The notes: a model not told the origin generated them from the sequence alone. A DNA stretch of 25,089 bases from Verrucomicrobiota bacterium (GCA_039818205.1 JBCBUK010000027.1:1-25089); one strand, 5' to 3'. Positions 8,603 through 17,362 are shown, counted from the first letter of the stretch. Translations and numbers: made by a program.

Positions 8603-9622
8603 TCAACGCGGTTGCAGAGTCAAACAAACCCCACCATGTACTCGCTGATCGATTGGGCCAATGTGCGTGGTGCCCGGAGGACAGGGAGCGTTGCTTGGTG
8701 CCGAGACGAGTTTGTGGCTTGGTTCAGACAAAACATTACAAGTCCCGCCATGTGCGGCTGGGTCTAGCGGGCCGGCATAAACTCCTTTTGTGCATTGCCC
8801 CGATCTGACTTCTTGCGTGTAGAAATCGCAACCGTTGAAGTTTATGCAGTGTCCGCCATGTGCCTGAGCGTCGATTGCACCGGCATATTCAAACGTCGCC
8901 CCGCAATTTCTTCCTCTTACGGGAATAGCTGCGATTCTACATTGAGGTGGTGGCGCGATCGCAGTGCCAGGTGGAATCTCAGGAATCCGCGAAATAAACT
9001 CGTTGTCGCTCTCGAGACCTATCGTTGCAACAATGCGAATGTCCGAGTTTGCCGATCTTTTGACGATAACGGAATCTGAAGCTCCATCTTGCCAAGTCGT
9101 AGGGAATGGCCGACGAAATGATCCTCCAGTAATGTCAAACTTGGCATTATGAGCAACCTTTCTGCCACCTGGTGGCGACTGCCAAATAATCGTTACAGTC
9201 GCTTCAGTTGGCGTTGCATCGTGAACCAGAATTCGTGGCCCGGAGCGATGCTGCCCATCAATGCAATTTCGGTGCGCAGCCACAGCCTTCTCTGTCAGAG
9301 TCTGCGTTGCAAGGCTTAAGAGCCTGTTTGAATTCCAGTCTAGATCGCTTTGGCTGAAAAAGCGCTCACGCGTGCTTTCTGCACTATCCGCATTTCCGCT
9401 TACGGGCACACCCTTGATCGGAACCGTAACACTAGCAGCCCAGTTGGTGTCTCGGCCCTTTGAGCGGTAGAGCAACTCGGCTCGCGAAAGAGATTCAATT
9501 TCCGATAGGTCAAGAACACGAGCATCTTGAATCAGAGCACCAACGCAGCTTTCTGATTGTGCCTTTGCTAAACCGGAAAAAGTGAGAACGATTGAAAGAG
9601 CTGTAACTGCTTGTTTGAACAC
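8603..9622 (-). CDS. Hypothetical secreted protein with three C-terminal Cys/His repeats
   Basis: From GTG 9622: signal-peptide-like MFKQAVTALSIVLTFSGLAKA|Q, a Pro-rich linker, then three G-[AP]-[IL]-D-x3-HGG-x-C repeats. Start uncertain (ORF open to 9760). Confidence 0.75.
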   Translation of the reverse strand: MFKQAVTALSIVLTFSGLAKAQSESCVGALIQDARVLDLSEIESLSRAELLYRSKGRDTNWAASVTVPIKGVPVSGNADSAESTRERFFSQSDLDWNSNRLLSLATQTLTEKAVAAHRNCIDGQHRSGPRILVHDATPTEATVTIIWQSPPGGRKVAHNAKFDITGGSFRRPFPTTWQDGASDSVIVKRSANSDIRIVATIGLESDNEFISRIPEIPPGTAIAPPPQCRIAAIPVRGRNCGATFEYAGAIDAQAHGGHCINFNGCDFYTQEVRSGQCTKGVYAGPLDPAAHGGTCNVLSEPSHKLVSAPSNAPCPPGTTHIGPIDQRVHGGVCLTLQPR

Positions 9623-9833
9623 AGGGCTAACCAATAGGTGATTAAAACGGAGCACTACAACCCCGAGATAAGCAAAAAAACAGGACTTTGCCAACCGCAA
9701 AGACCAGATAGGAGGCTTGCTGACAACAAAGCCCTGAAGGCTGTTCTTGTCGCTATACAAGAGCAGGGAAAAGTTGGTCCACCGTTTGTCTATGGACCAA
9801 CTTCAGCGCTTCGAAATCATCGGAGTGGTTTTG

Positions 9834-12800
9834 TCACCGTCCCCCAAGAGTCAAACGCGGTGGTTGACCGTAACCGCCATGTTCGACTTTCGGTTTACTG
9901 GACTTCTTGAAATTGGGCTTTCGTATTGGCTTCCGGTCAGGATCAATCTCATCCAGCTCGACCTCAGGGCCATTCTCCCAGACATCTCCTGGCTGGAGGC
10001 CGTCGGGATTGTTTTCGAGGTCCTCGTCAGGATCATAGTCGACATATGGCGATGTATTGCTGTAACCCTTTGAGACCTGTGGCTTCACAGGTGTTTCCGG
10101 CGGCACAGATTCCGACACCGGTTTCACAACAATCGGCTTAAGCGGGATCGGAACGTTGATCACGTCACTTTTCTCCGGCAGCGCAACAGGACCATCGCGC
10201 TCAATGTCCCGGTGAACACTGAAGCCCGGTTCACCGTCTTTTGGCGGCACGTAAGGATTATCAACCTTGATGCCGCGAATTCGATTATTCCAATCGTTGT
10301 ATTCGAGACCAGCGCGAGCATCGACAATCTTGCCAAAAGGCCCATTATGGCCCTCAGCCTTGTTTTGGTGGCGGGCTTCAGTTACTGCCTCCAAGTACTT
10401 GGCGTAGAATCCGTACCCTGCCTCATCCGAGTCCGGCGCAATGTGGATTTCGGATTCCGGGAAAAAATGAGCGTATTTGAAAGCGGCGGCTTGGGTCTGT
10501 TGTGTCACCTGTCCAGTCGATGAAATGATTAGAATGTTTTCATCAATTTCGTCGCTACCTGTAGCTTCCTTGTGTCGCCGCTGAAGCTCCTGCCAATAGG
10601 ACAACCCATCGATATGAGCCTCAACAAGAACGATCTTGGAAGGAGGAAAAAGGTTGCCTTCAGCATCCTTTCGCCCACCCCGGTATCCCATAAGCGACGG
10701 TGCTCCACCTGAGGCCATCGTAGCAAAGCCATGCGGCTTGGTCATTTCCGTTCCATCTTCGATGACGGTCTTTGATTTCCCTTTGCGGAAATAACCTACG
10801 ATTTTGTTTGCCCGGTCCCGGAGGCCGAACCAAACTTCCGAGTCGCTATCGAACCGCTTGTCGGCGAGCTTCATGTCGGAACTGAATTGCCTTTGTGTCT
10901 CAGCGGTAATGCCACGTTCGAGAAGGTAATCTGAAATCCCACCTTGCGCGTTGCTCCAATTGCGGATTGCCCGGTCAAACTTGGCCAGAGCATCCTTCTT
11001 CTCGGCGGCTTCTTCTTCAGTATTTTCATTCCAAGCAAGGATTTCTTCGCGATAACTTTTTTGCCAGGCTTCCTCGAGCTGTTCGTGGAGAGGCTGCTGT
11101 TTAAATGCAGGAAGTTCTGTTTTAGCTTTGAATTTCCCATCCGAAATCATTCGGTCCATCTCAGCCTGGTCCGGGGTCGTACCAACTTCTTTTCGAAGCT
11201 CGTGCATGGCCTCCATTTTGGACATTCCAAGGTAACGCGCCGCCAGGTTCCAGATCCGATTACCGTCTGCGCGGTCTCCTCGGATCCAGAATGTCCATAT
11301 CTTGCCGCCGCGATGATTTACGACAACACTGTCACCGCCGATTTTGAGTTCGTATTCTTTCCCACCCCATTTCGCGGAAGTCCGCCCGTTCTCGCCGCCT
11401 TTGTGTTTCCAAGTTGCTCCAAGGCGATTGAATGCAAAGTAGAGCATGCTGTGTCTCTCGAACTGCTCTTTTTCGCTGTCAGTGATGAGACGACGCTCTG
11501 GCTTTCCACCGCGCCACTTCTGTTTGCGAGCCTTTTGCTGTTCAGCGGACATACTACTTTCCTCGCTTTCCAGTGCGTTGTCATTGTCGAATTCCACGTT
11601 TTCGAGCGCATTATCGAGCGATGACGTGAACTCCGGCATCGGAGCCTCGTCAGGCTTCAGAGTTTCGTTGAAGGCGTTGATGACGAAGTCCTTCAGGGTG
11701 GTTCCGACGCTCTCGGTCACCTGCTGCGCTTTCTTTTTGAGCTGGTTGTATGCGAACCACAAAAAGTCCTTCGGTGTCTTGAAGGAGTCAGCCGCATTCC
11801 ACTTCTGGCCATGGTCCGTCATCATCTTGAAGGCTTCGGCTTTGACCTCAGCTTCAGAGATTTCGATGCCACCCTTGCCTTTCCGGATGACAAGACCTTC
11901 CTTCGGGTTCGTCTCGTCATCCTCATTGACCATGGAGCCGTCATTCGAAAGCTTGATCGCGCCACCCTTCTTCGACATCAGGATGTCATGAGCGGCACCG
12001 TAGTTGCCGTAGAAGAACGCTTTCCAGCGGTGACGGGTACCGGCGACGTAAGAGTGCTTCGGATCCAGAATGAAGGAATAGTCGACGGTCATGCCTTGAG
12101 CCGACGTTTCCGTTGTTGCGAAAGCGTGCTGGAGCTTCGGCAGCAAAGGTTCAATATCCTTGTCGCCGTTCTCGACCTTCTTTTTATGGATCAGCTCTCG
12201 ATGGCGAACAAAATCAGCCCGGCTGAAGGTCCGCGCTTTTCCGTCATCGAAAGCCAGAGCGAAGTAGATCTCCCCGCTCTTGTCTTTCCAGACGTTTTTG
12301 ACGGTCGCAATTTGTCCGTTGGCGTAGCAAACATCATCGACCTCAATGGTTTCGCCCAGGATGATGCGGTCACCTCGTGCGAAGCCGACAGGCATGGTCT
12401 GCGCGTCCGCTCCACGGACGATACAGTCCATTTTTACTTCCGCGTCCTCAGGATCAATGACCCCGGCCTTACGAAGGTGCTCCCGGGCAAGCTCATTGAA
12501 CCGACGAACCATCGCGTTCTTCGGGTGCATGGCGAGGAACGTGGAGTTGGGCTTCTCAACCAGCGTCTCGGCGTAGTCGGCCGCCGCCTTGTCGATCAAC
12601 TGCTCTTCGGTATCAAACCACTGGAAGTAGCCACGGTTGTCATAATCAGCCAGGGCCTCGAGCGCTTTCTCTTTGCTACCGGAAGCGAGCTTGGTTGAGT
12701 TCTCTCGCATCCAGGCAAACTTCTGACGACGGATCTGATCAATGCGCTGCGTGCCCAGAACATCTGAAACCAAGACGAGCGGATTGCCGGCGGCAACTGG

Positions 12801-14954
12801 CTGGATCTGACGACGGTCACCGGTCAGGATCAGGCGAGCACCGGTTTCATCGGCGATACGCAGAAGATCCCTCATGTTCTCGTGGCCGACCATTCCGGCT
12901 TCGTCGACGATAATCCCGAAGTCCTTATCAATCGGGATCTCGCCTTTTTTATAGCGATTGATGAAGCCCTGGATGGCGCGAGCGTATTCTTCCTTGGTCT
13001 TCGTATCGATACGGGCAACGTCAGTCGCGCGCCACGATGGGGCGAGGATGAACGGGGTCTTGCCCTGGGAGCGCATGACGTTCGCAACTGTCTCAAGCGC
13101 GTAGGTCTTACCAGCACCAGCGGATCCTTCACCAACAGACACACCGTCCCGGCCGAGAAGATGCCGAACAAAATTGGCCTGCTCCTCAGACATCATCGGG
13201 CAGTTGTCTGCAATCTCCCGGAATTGGTTGACGGCTTCGTTCACCTCGTCCGGCAGGGCTTCGCCGTTCGCCAAGGCAATTTCCTCGAAAGCCGCGGTCA
13301 CCTTGTCGAGCTGCTTGCGATTAAATCCGCCCTTCTTGGTCATGGCCTCCCGAAGACGGCCAAAACGACGACGCTGCGAACTGGTGGCGAACTCATTCAC
13401 CCTGCCCTCAAGGAGGGCCTTGTTCATGGCATCGAGAACGGTGATCGCCGGTTCCCCGTCGACATACTGTTTCTCGGAGATGAAAGACTCGGTGACGTGA
13501 GGATCGGCGAAGTGGTCGTAACGATCCTTCATCTTTTGCGAGATCTCAATGATCTCGGTTTCCATCTCAAGGATCTTCTTCGTTGTCATGATCGGGTCCT
13601 GCTGCCGATCATATTCGAGGGTCACGAGTTCCTTATGGACCTTGAGTTCTTCAATGTGCTTCACAGCTTCATCGAAAGTGCCGCCGCTCGCCTGATAGGA
13701 TTTCGTGAACTCAGCAAGGATTTCGCGCTCCTCAAAAACGGCGAAGTGACCGTTCAGCGTTTCCATTGCTGCGGTCTTCATTTTCTCAGGAGTGATTTCC
13801 TCTGTTTCACGCTCCTTGCGAACCTGTTCGGCTTTCGGCGCGAGGCTTGCGAGAATCTCCTCTGGGTCATAGCCAAGGTCGCGAACCTGCTGGAGCCAAG
13901 TTGGAGCAAGATCACTGATCGGAGGAATGTCGTCTTTCTCACCGCGAGTGGCGAGAGCGACCTGACTTGCATACCCTTTGTTGTCGAGTGAGGAACCGCG
14001 TTCACGAGCAGCTTTCTCCATATCCTCCCGACGCTTGGAGAATTGCTTTCTGAGATCTTCGTTGACCCCAGCGATTTCGACCCAGTCTTTCTCGCCTTCG
14101 AATTCGATGCCGAGGTTTTCGCGAAGATCCTCGGCAAGTGCAGTCCGGTAGATGTTCGAGATCGTTTTTTGATAACGGATCATCTGTACGTTATCGAGAG
14201 TACGGATCTCACCATTCGGAAGACGGCAAAGGTTCAACATCACCCAGTGACTGTGAACCTGCGGATCGCCGGAGCGGGATGTTTTGTGGTCGTAGATCGC
14301 ACCCGCGACTTCGTTCGCGTGAACCAGCTCAACCTTGTTCCGCCCTTTGCGATCGCGGTTGTTCTTCCGGGATACAATCAGCCCCTGCTCGAACATCCAT
14401 TTAACGGCTTTGTCGACAGCGTACTGCTGCGCTCTTTCAATGGCGCGTGCATGAGGCACATCGACCCCGTCCCTATTCAGGGCTTCGGCAATCCCCCAGA
14501 TGACGCTGACAGACTTCGGTGCCGAGAAAGGGCTGTCGAAAGCGACGGTTTGTTTTTTCTGACTTCCGTCCGCGTTCTTCGCTTTAACGTCTTTGCGAAG
14601 CTTCTCCCCTGTACGAGGGTGAACAGCACCGGCGAGATCAATCATCACCTGAGCGTCCGGGGCAAGCCCGTGCGTCAGGAATGGATCTTTTGGGTTGGAG
14701 AAGAACGACTCGGCTTCGTTGTCGTTCTGAAAGTGAAAGACCCGGCCGACAGATTCACCGGAGTCGTCGCCTGCCGTGTAATCGGTGTATCGTGGCTTGC
14801 GTGGCTGCTTTGCACCCTTACGGGTTTGATCGCGAGGATCATCAACCTCGTCCATGATCCCATACGGCACAGAGGCATCACCTGATTCAGCCTGGCTGAC
14901 CTGTGCTGCTTTCACATGATACAGAATGTCGACAATGCGCTTGGACTTGAACAC
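9834..14954 (-). CDS. MOBF (TrwC/TraI-type) relaxase fused to an SF1 RecD-like helicase and a C-terminal Toprim/primase-like domain
   Basis: AFDSPFSAPKSVS, HKTSRSGDPQVHSH (3H motif), FSKRR, EIAGV; helicase GSAGAGKT, IVDEAGMV, GDRRQI, SAQGMTVD, YVAGTRHR; Toprim VLVEAHIDGLSY...APDSDEAG...NDWN. Confidence 0.93.
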   Translation of the reverse strand: MFKSKRIVDILYHVKAAQVSQAESGDASVPYGIMDEVDDPRDQTRKGAKQPRKPRYTDYTAGDDSGESVGRVFHFQNDNEAESFFSNPKDPFLTHGLAPDAQVMIDLAGAVHPRTGEKLRKDVKAKNADGSQKKQTVAFDSPFSAPKSVSVIWGIAEALNRDGVDVPHARAIERAQQYAVDKAVKWMFEQGLIVSRKNNRDRKGRNKVELVHANEVAGAIYDHKTSRSGDPQVHSHWVMLNLCRLPNGEIRTLDNVQMIRYQKTISNIYRTALAEDLRENLGIEFEGEKDWVEIAGVNEDLRKQFSKRREDMEKAARERGSSLDNKGYASQVALATRGEKDDIPPISDLAPTWLQQVRDLGYDPEEILASLAPKAEQVRKERETEEITPEKMKTAAMETLNGHFAVFEEREILAEFTKSYQASGGTFDEAVKHIEELKVHKELVTLEYDRQQDPIMTTKKILEMETEIIEISQKMKDRYDHFADPHVTESFISEKQYVDGEPAITVLDAMNKALLEGRVNEFATSSQRRRFGRLREAMTKKGGFNRKQLDKVTAAFEEIALANGEALPDEVNEAVNQFREIADNCPMMSEEQANFVRHLLGRDGVSVGEGSAGAGKTYALETVANVMRSQGKTPFILAPSWRATDVARIDTKTKEEYARAIQGFINRYKKGEIPIDKDFGIIVDEAGMVGHENMRDLLRIADETGARLILTGDRRQIQPVAAGNPLVLVSDVLGTQRIDQIRRQKFAWMRENSTKLASGSKEKALEALADYDNRGYFQWFDTEEQLIDKAAADYAETLVEKPNSTFLAMHPKNAMVRRFNELAREHLRKAGVIDPEDAEVKMDCIVRGADAQTMPVGFARGDRIILGETIEVDDVCYANGQIATVKNVWKDKSGEIYFALAFDDGKARTFSRADFVRHRELIHKKKVENGDKDIEPLLPKLQHAFATTETSAQGMTVDYSFILDPKHSYVAGTRHRWKAFFYGNYGAAHDILMSKKGGAIKLSNDGSMVNEDDETNPKEGLVIRKGKGGIEISEAEVKAEAFKMMTDHGQKWNAADSFKTPKDFLWFAYNQLKKKAQQVTESVGTTLKDFVINAFNETLKPDEAPMPEFTSSLDNALENVEFDNDNALESEESSMSAEQQKARKQKWRGGKPERRLITDSEKEQFERHSMLYFAFNRLGATWKHKGGENGRTSAKWGGKEYELKIGGDSVVVNHRGGKIWTFWIRGDRADGNRIWNLAARYLGMSKMEAMHELRKEVGTTPDQAEMDRMISDGKFKAKTELPAFKQQPLHEQLEEAWQKSYREEILAWNENTEEEAAEKKDALAKFDRAIRNWSNAQGGISDYLLERGITAETQRQFSSDMKLADKRFDSDSEVWFGLRDRANKIVGYFRKGKSKTVIEDGTEMTKPHGFATMASGGAPSLMGYRGGRKDAEGNLFPPSKIVLVEAHIDGLSYWQELQRRHKEATGSDEIDENILIISSTGQVTQQTQAAAFKYAHFFPESEIHIAPDSDEAGYGFYAKYLEAVTEARHQNKAEGHNGPFGKIVDARAGLEYNDWNNRIRGIKVDNPYVPPKDGEPGFSVHRDIERDGPVALPEKSDVINVPIPLKPIVVKPVSESVPPETPVKPQVSKGYSNTSPYVDYDPDEDLENNPDGLQPGDVWENGPEVELDEIDPDRKPIRKPNFKKSSKPKVEHGGYGQPPRLTLGGR

Positions 14955-14960
14955 GTGAGC

Positions 14961-15410
14961 TTATCCCTGAATGACTTTCACGGATTCACTGACGAGTTCG
15001 TCCCAACTCTTATTGTACTCAGGATCCTGAGCGAGCCTGTTGCAGTAATCGAGATCCTCATCGCTCGGCTCGTCGTCCGCTTCGTTAAAGCGTGCAACGC
15101 GCTCCTTTGCAGCAAGGGTGGCATTCTTATTAATCGCGCTGCCAACGGACCCGACAAAACGGGCCTGCGAAACGACGGCAGCCTCAAGCGCCTCGTAACG
15201 AGCTTTCCAGGCATCTCGATCTTCAATGGCGACTTCAGCGGTCTGCCGAAGGTCAGCTGCAAGAGCCTGCCACTCCTGTAGATCGGAATATGCCATTAGG
15301 GCATCGGACACGACTGCGCCCGGCGCTCTATCTTTGGACATGATATCGAGGGCGGCCTTCGCCGGCTCAGTAATCTGCGCTCTGAACTGATGACCTTTTC
15401 TTGCGGCCAT
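14961..15410 (-). CDS. Putative ribbon-helix-helix relaxosome accessory protein
   Basis: N-terminal beta-alpha-alpha pattern (HQFRAQITEPAKAALDIM...GAVVSDALMAY) plus coiled coil; GGAGGAG RBS; lies between oriT and the relaxase, as TrwA/TraY-type genes do. Confidence 0.65.
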   Translation of the reverse strand: MAARKGHQFRAQITEPAKAALDIMSKDRAPGAVVSDALMAYSDLQEWQALAADLRQTAEVAIEDRDAWKARYEALEAAVVSQARFVGSVGSAINKNATLAAKERVARFNEADDEPSDEDLDYCNRLAQDPEYNKSWDELVSESVKVIQG

Positions 15411-15583
15411 TATGCTGCTCCTCCAGTTCGCATCATCGCAATGAGCGGATGCATAGGGTCAGGCTTCTTAGTCGGCCTGGAAGTGACAAATTGTGAGTTG
15501 GATGAGTGAATGCGCTCGACGGTCTTGAAATTTTCGAACGGTCGAACGCAAGTGGAGTTCAGAAGGCCGCTATTCAAAGACAT
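15410..15583 (-). CDS. Small hypothetical protein (57 aa), possibly translationally coupled to the RHH gene
   Basis: AGGAG RBS before ATG 15583; its TAA overlaps the next ATG (TAATG). No recognisable motif. Confidence 0.4.
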   Translation of the reverse strand: MSLNSGLLNSTCVRPFENFKTVERIHSSNSQFVTSRPTKKPDPMHPLIAMMRTGGAA

Positions 15584-15684
15584 TGATTTCTCCTGTTGCT
15601 GGAATGCGAATTCAGGGAAATCGTCGGCGAAAGCGTTGCAAGCCACAAAATGGAAACCGTTGCCACCTTGGAAACGGGAGAAAA

Positions 15685-15777
15685 CCGCCAACGGCGGGCC
15701 ACCAAGCGGGTGCCGAAGGCAACCAAGACCCCACCGTAGGTGCGTAACGTGTACTGCGAAAAAGCGCCGGGCGCTTT
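15685..15777 (+). other. oriT, MOBF-type; predicted nic between 15752 and 15753 on the + strand
   Basis: CACC-GTA-GGTG hairpin followed by CGTAACGTGT|ACTG. Matches the TGCGT-N3-GT[G/C]T| pattern of the F, R46 and R388 nic sites, upstream of the RHH-relaxase genes. Confidence 0.8.
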
Positions 15778-16197
15778 CCACACCTTCAGGTCCAAGCGAT
15801 TGAGCAAAAAACCCTCCAAGATCACCATTCCGGTCTCTGACCGGATGTGTTCGTTTTCAAACAATGGATTTCACTTTCAATTCCCCCGTCAGGGGTCCGA
15901 AATCCTAGAATCTTCGCCGGAAACGGTGCACCAGAGCGAAGCGTCGGTGTGCCGTTGGAGGCGACGGCCTCAAATCTGGCTCTTTCCTTGGTTTTCTGGC
16001 ACCCCCGGTTCCCCACCCACCGGGAGTTACCGTGATTTCCGTCGGTATCGTTTCCAGCCTTGAGCTGTCTCCGACATCCTCCGAAGGAGGGAGTAAACCG
16101 CTGATTTCTGCGGTTTTGGGGTTTCGGCATCGAGCGTGAGCGCCCGAAATCCCGGCGGGCGGACGGAGCCGCCCGTAGAAGACGCTTGCGTCTCCCA

Positions 16198-17362
16198 TAT
16201 ATTGTTGCCACTGAGGACGGGATATCAGTCCGCTGTCAGCGCCATATCAATCCGCTGTCAATCCACGTTTTCTGAATCCGCGATAGCGCCCTGTTCTGGT
16301 TACGTTTTTTGGCTTTTCAGGGTATCAATCCATCTGTCAATCCACCCGTATATGCCCCGTCAACGCACCTGTATATTCGGTGTCAATCCACCGCCAATCC
16401 GCTGTCAAACGGATGTCAGTCCGGTATCATTTCCGCGTAAGTCCACCGTTAATCCACTTTTCCGACACCATTGAAAACCCTAAGGAATCCAAAGGTTCGC
16501 GCCGCATGTGACCCCGTTAATCCAATCGGGAATCCAACGTATATCCATCGCCGCCGGGCAACTGTCCGGAGATCCCGGATGGTTCGATTGTGTCGCCATC
16601 GCCGGAAACGGCAGAAACCTGCGGGGATAGGTGGCAAGATCGCCCGCCCCGTGGCTTCGCCATATATTGTTGCCAATGGGGGCGCTTTATCGAAAACGTA
16701 AATCCAACCGCGAATCCACCCGTTAATCCATATTTCCAGCATCATCGGAAACCCCAGCGAAACCAAGGGTTCGTGACTGATGTGACCGCGTTAATCCATC
16801 CGTTAATCCGGGCGTTAATCCAACGCCGCCGGAACCTGACAATTCGGCATCGCCCTGGCTGATCGGCATCATGGGAGCTACTCCGGCAGCAAAGGGAAAG
16901 CGGCAGAAACCGCCGGGGATAGGTACGGAACCGGGCCGACCAATTGCTCCGTCGTATAATGTTGACACTGAGGCCGCGCTAACTCTCTGAAAACACAGCC
17001 TTTTGCCAAACACGCCTCAGGATATGGACCCAGTTAGCAAAAGCCAACGAAAACAAAGGGTTGTCCGATATGCGCCCTGATCCCGGTTATTCACAGATCG
17101 CGGAATGTGAATATCGCCGCCGAGATCCGGCTATACGTAAATCGCAAATTACGTATAACGCCGCCAGATCGCCCGTTCCCGGGTCTCAGCCGTATATTGT
17201 TGACAACAAGGACGTAATCCGACCGCGTTAGTCCATCGGAAATCCACCCGTTAATCCATTGAAACCGAAAGTGCTGGAACCGTAGGCATAGCCTTAGTTC
17301 GCGGGCGATGTGACCGCGTTAATCCAACCGTTAATCCGGGTGTTAATCCATCGAGAATCCAT
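16198..17362 (+). repeat. Hierarchical non-coding repeat array: about 32 direct 11-12-bp repeats (consensus YGTYAATCCAY) in four degenerate super-units
   Basis: Tandem runs at 16223-16266 (4), 16323-16457 (12), 16515-16548 (3), 16697-16732 (3), 16789-16823 (3), 17226-17260 (3) and 17317-17362 (4). A 44-bp block at 16779-16822 recurs at 17307-17350 with 2 mismatches. Confidence 0.9.

Noticed and set aside
10212..14885. Long + strand ORFs (up to 369 aa) opposite the relaxase, and similar ones opposite topB and gad
   Set aside because: Antisense shadows of GC-biased codon usage with no motifs.
16195..16210. T-DNA border / IncP nic resemblance (minus strand TGGCAACAATATAT versus TGGCAGGATATAT)
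   Set aside because: The essential CAGGAT core is absent, and the local relaxase is MOBF with its own matching nic.
16789..16823. CtrA boxes (TTAA-N7-TTAA)
   Set aside because: Spacing here is N8 and most array units have GTCAAT or GTAAAT rather than TTAA.
15574..17013. Short ORFs called across oriT and the array
   Set aside because: They overlap on both strands, lack RBSs and translate repeat or hairpin DNA into low-complexity Arg/Pro-rich sequence.
16198..17362. CRISPR array
   Set aside because: Repeats are degenerate 11-12-mers in direct tandem, super-unit spacing is irregular (465/292/238 bp), there are no uniform unique spacers, and no cas genes are in the window.
16223..17362. CsrB-like GGA-repeat sRNA on the minus strand
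   Set aside because: The GGA motifs are not in evident hairpin loops, and the strict helical phasing points to dsDNA binding.
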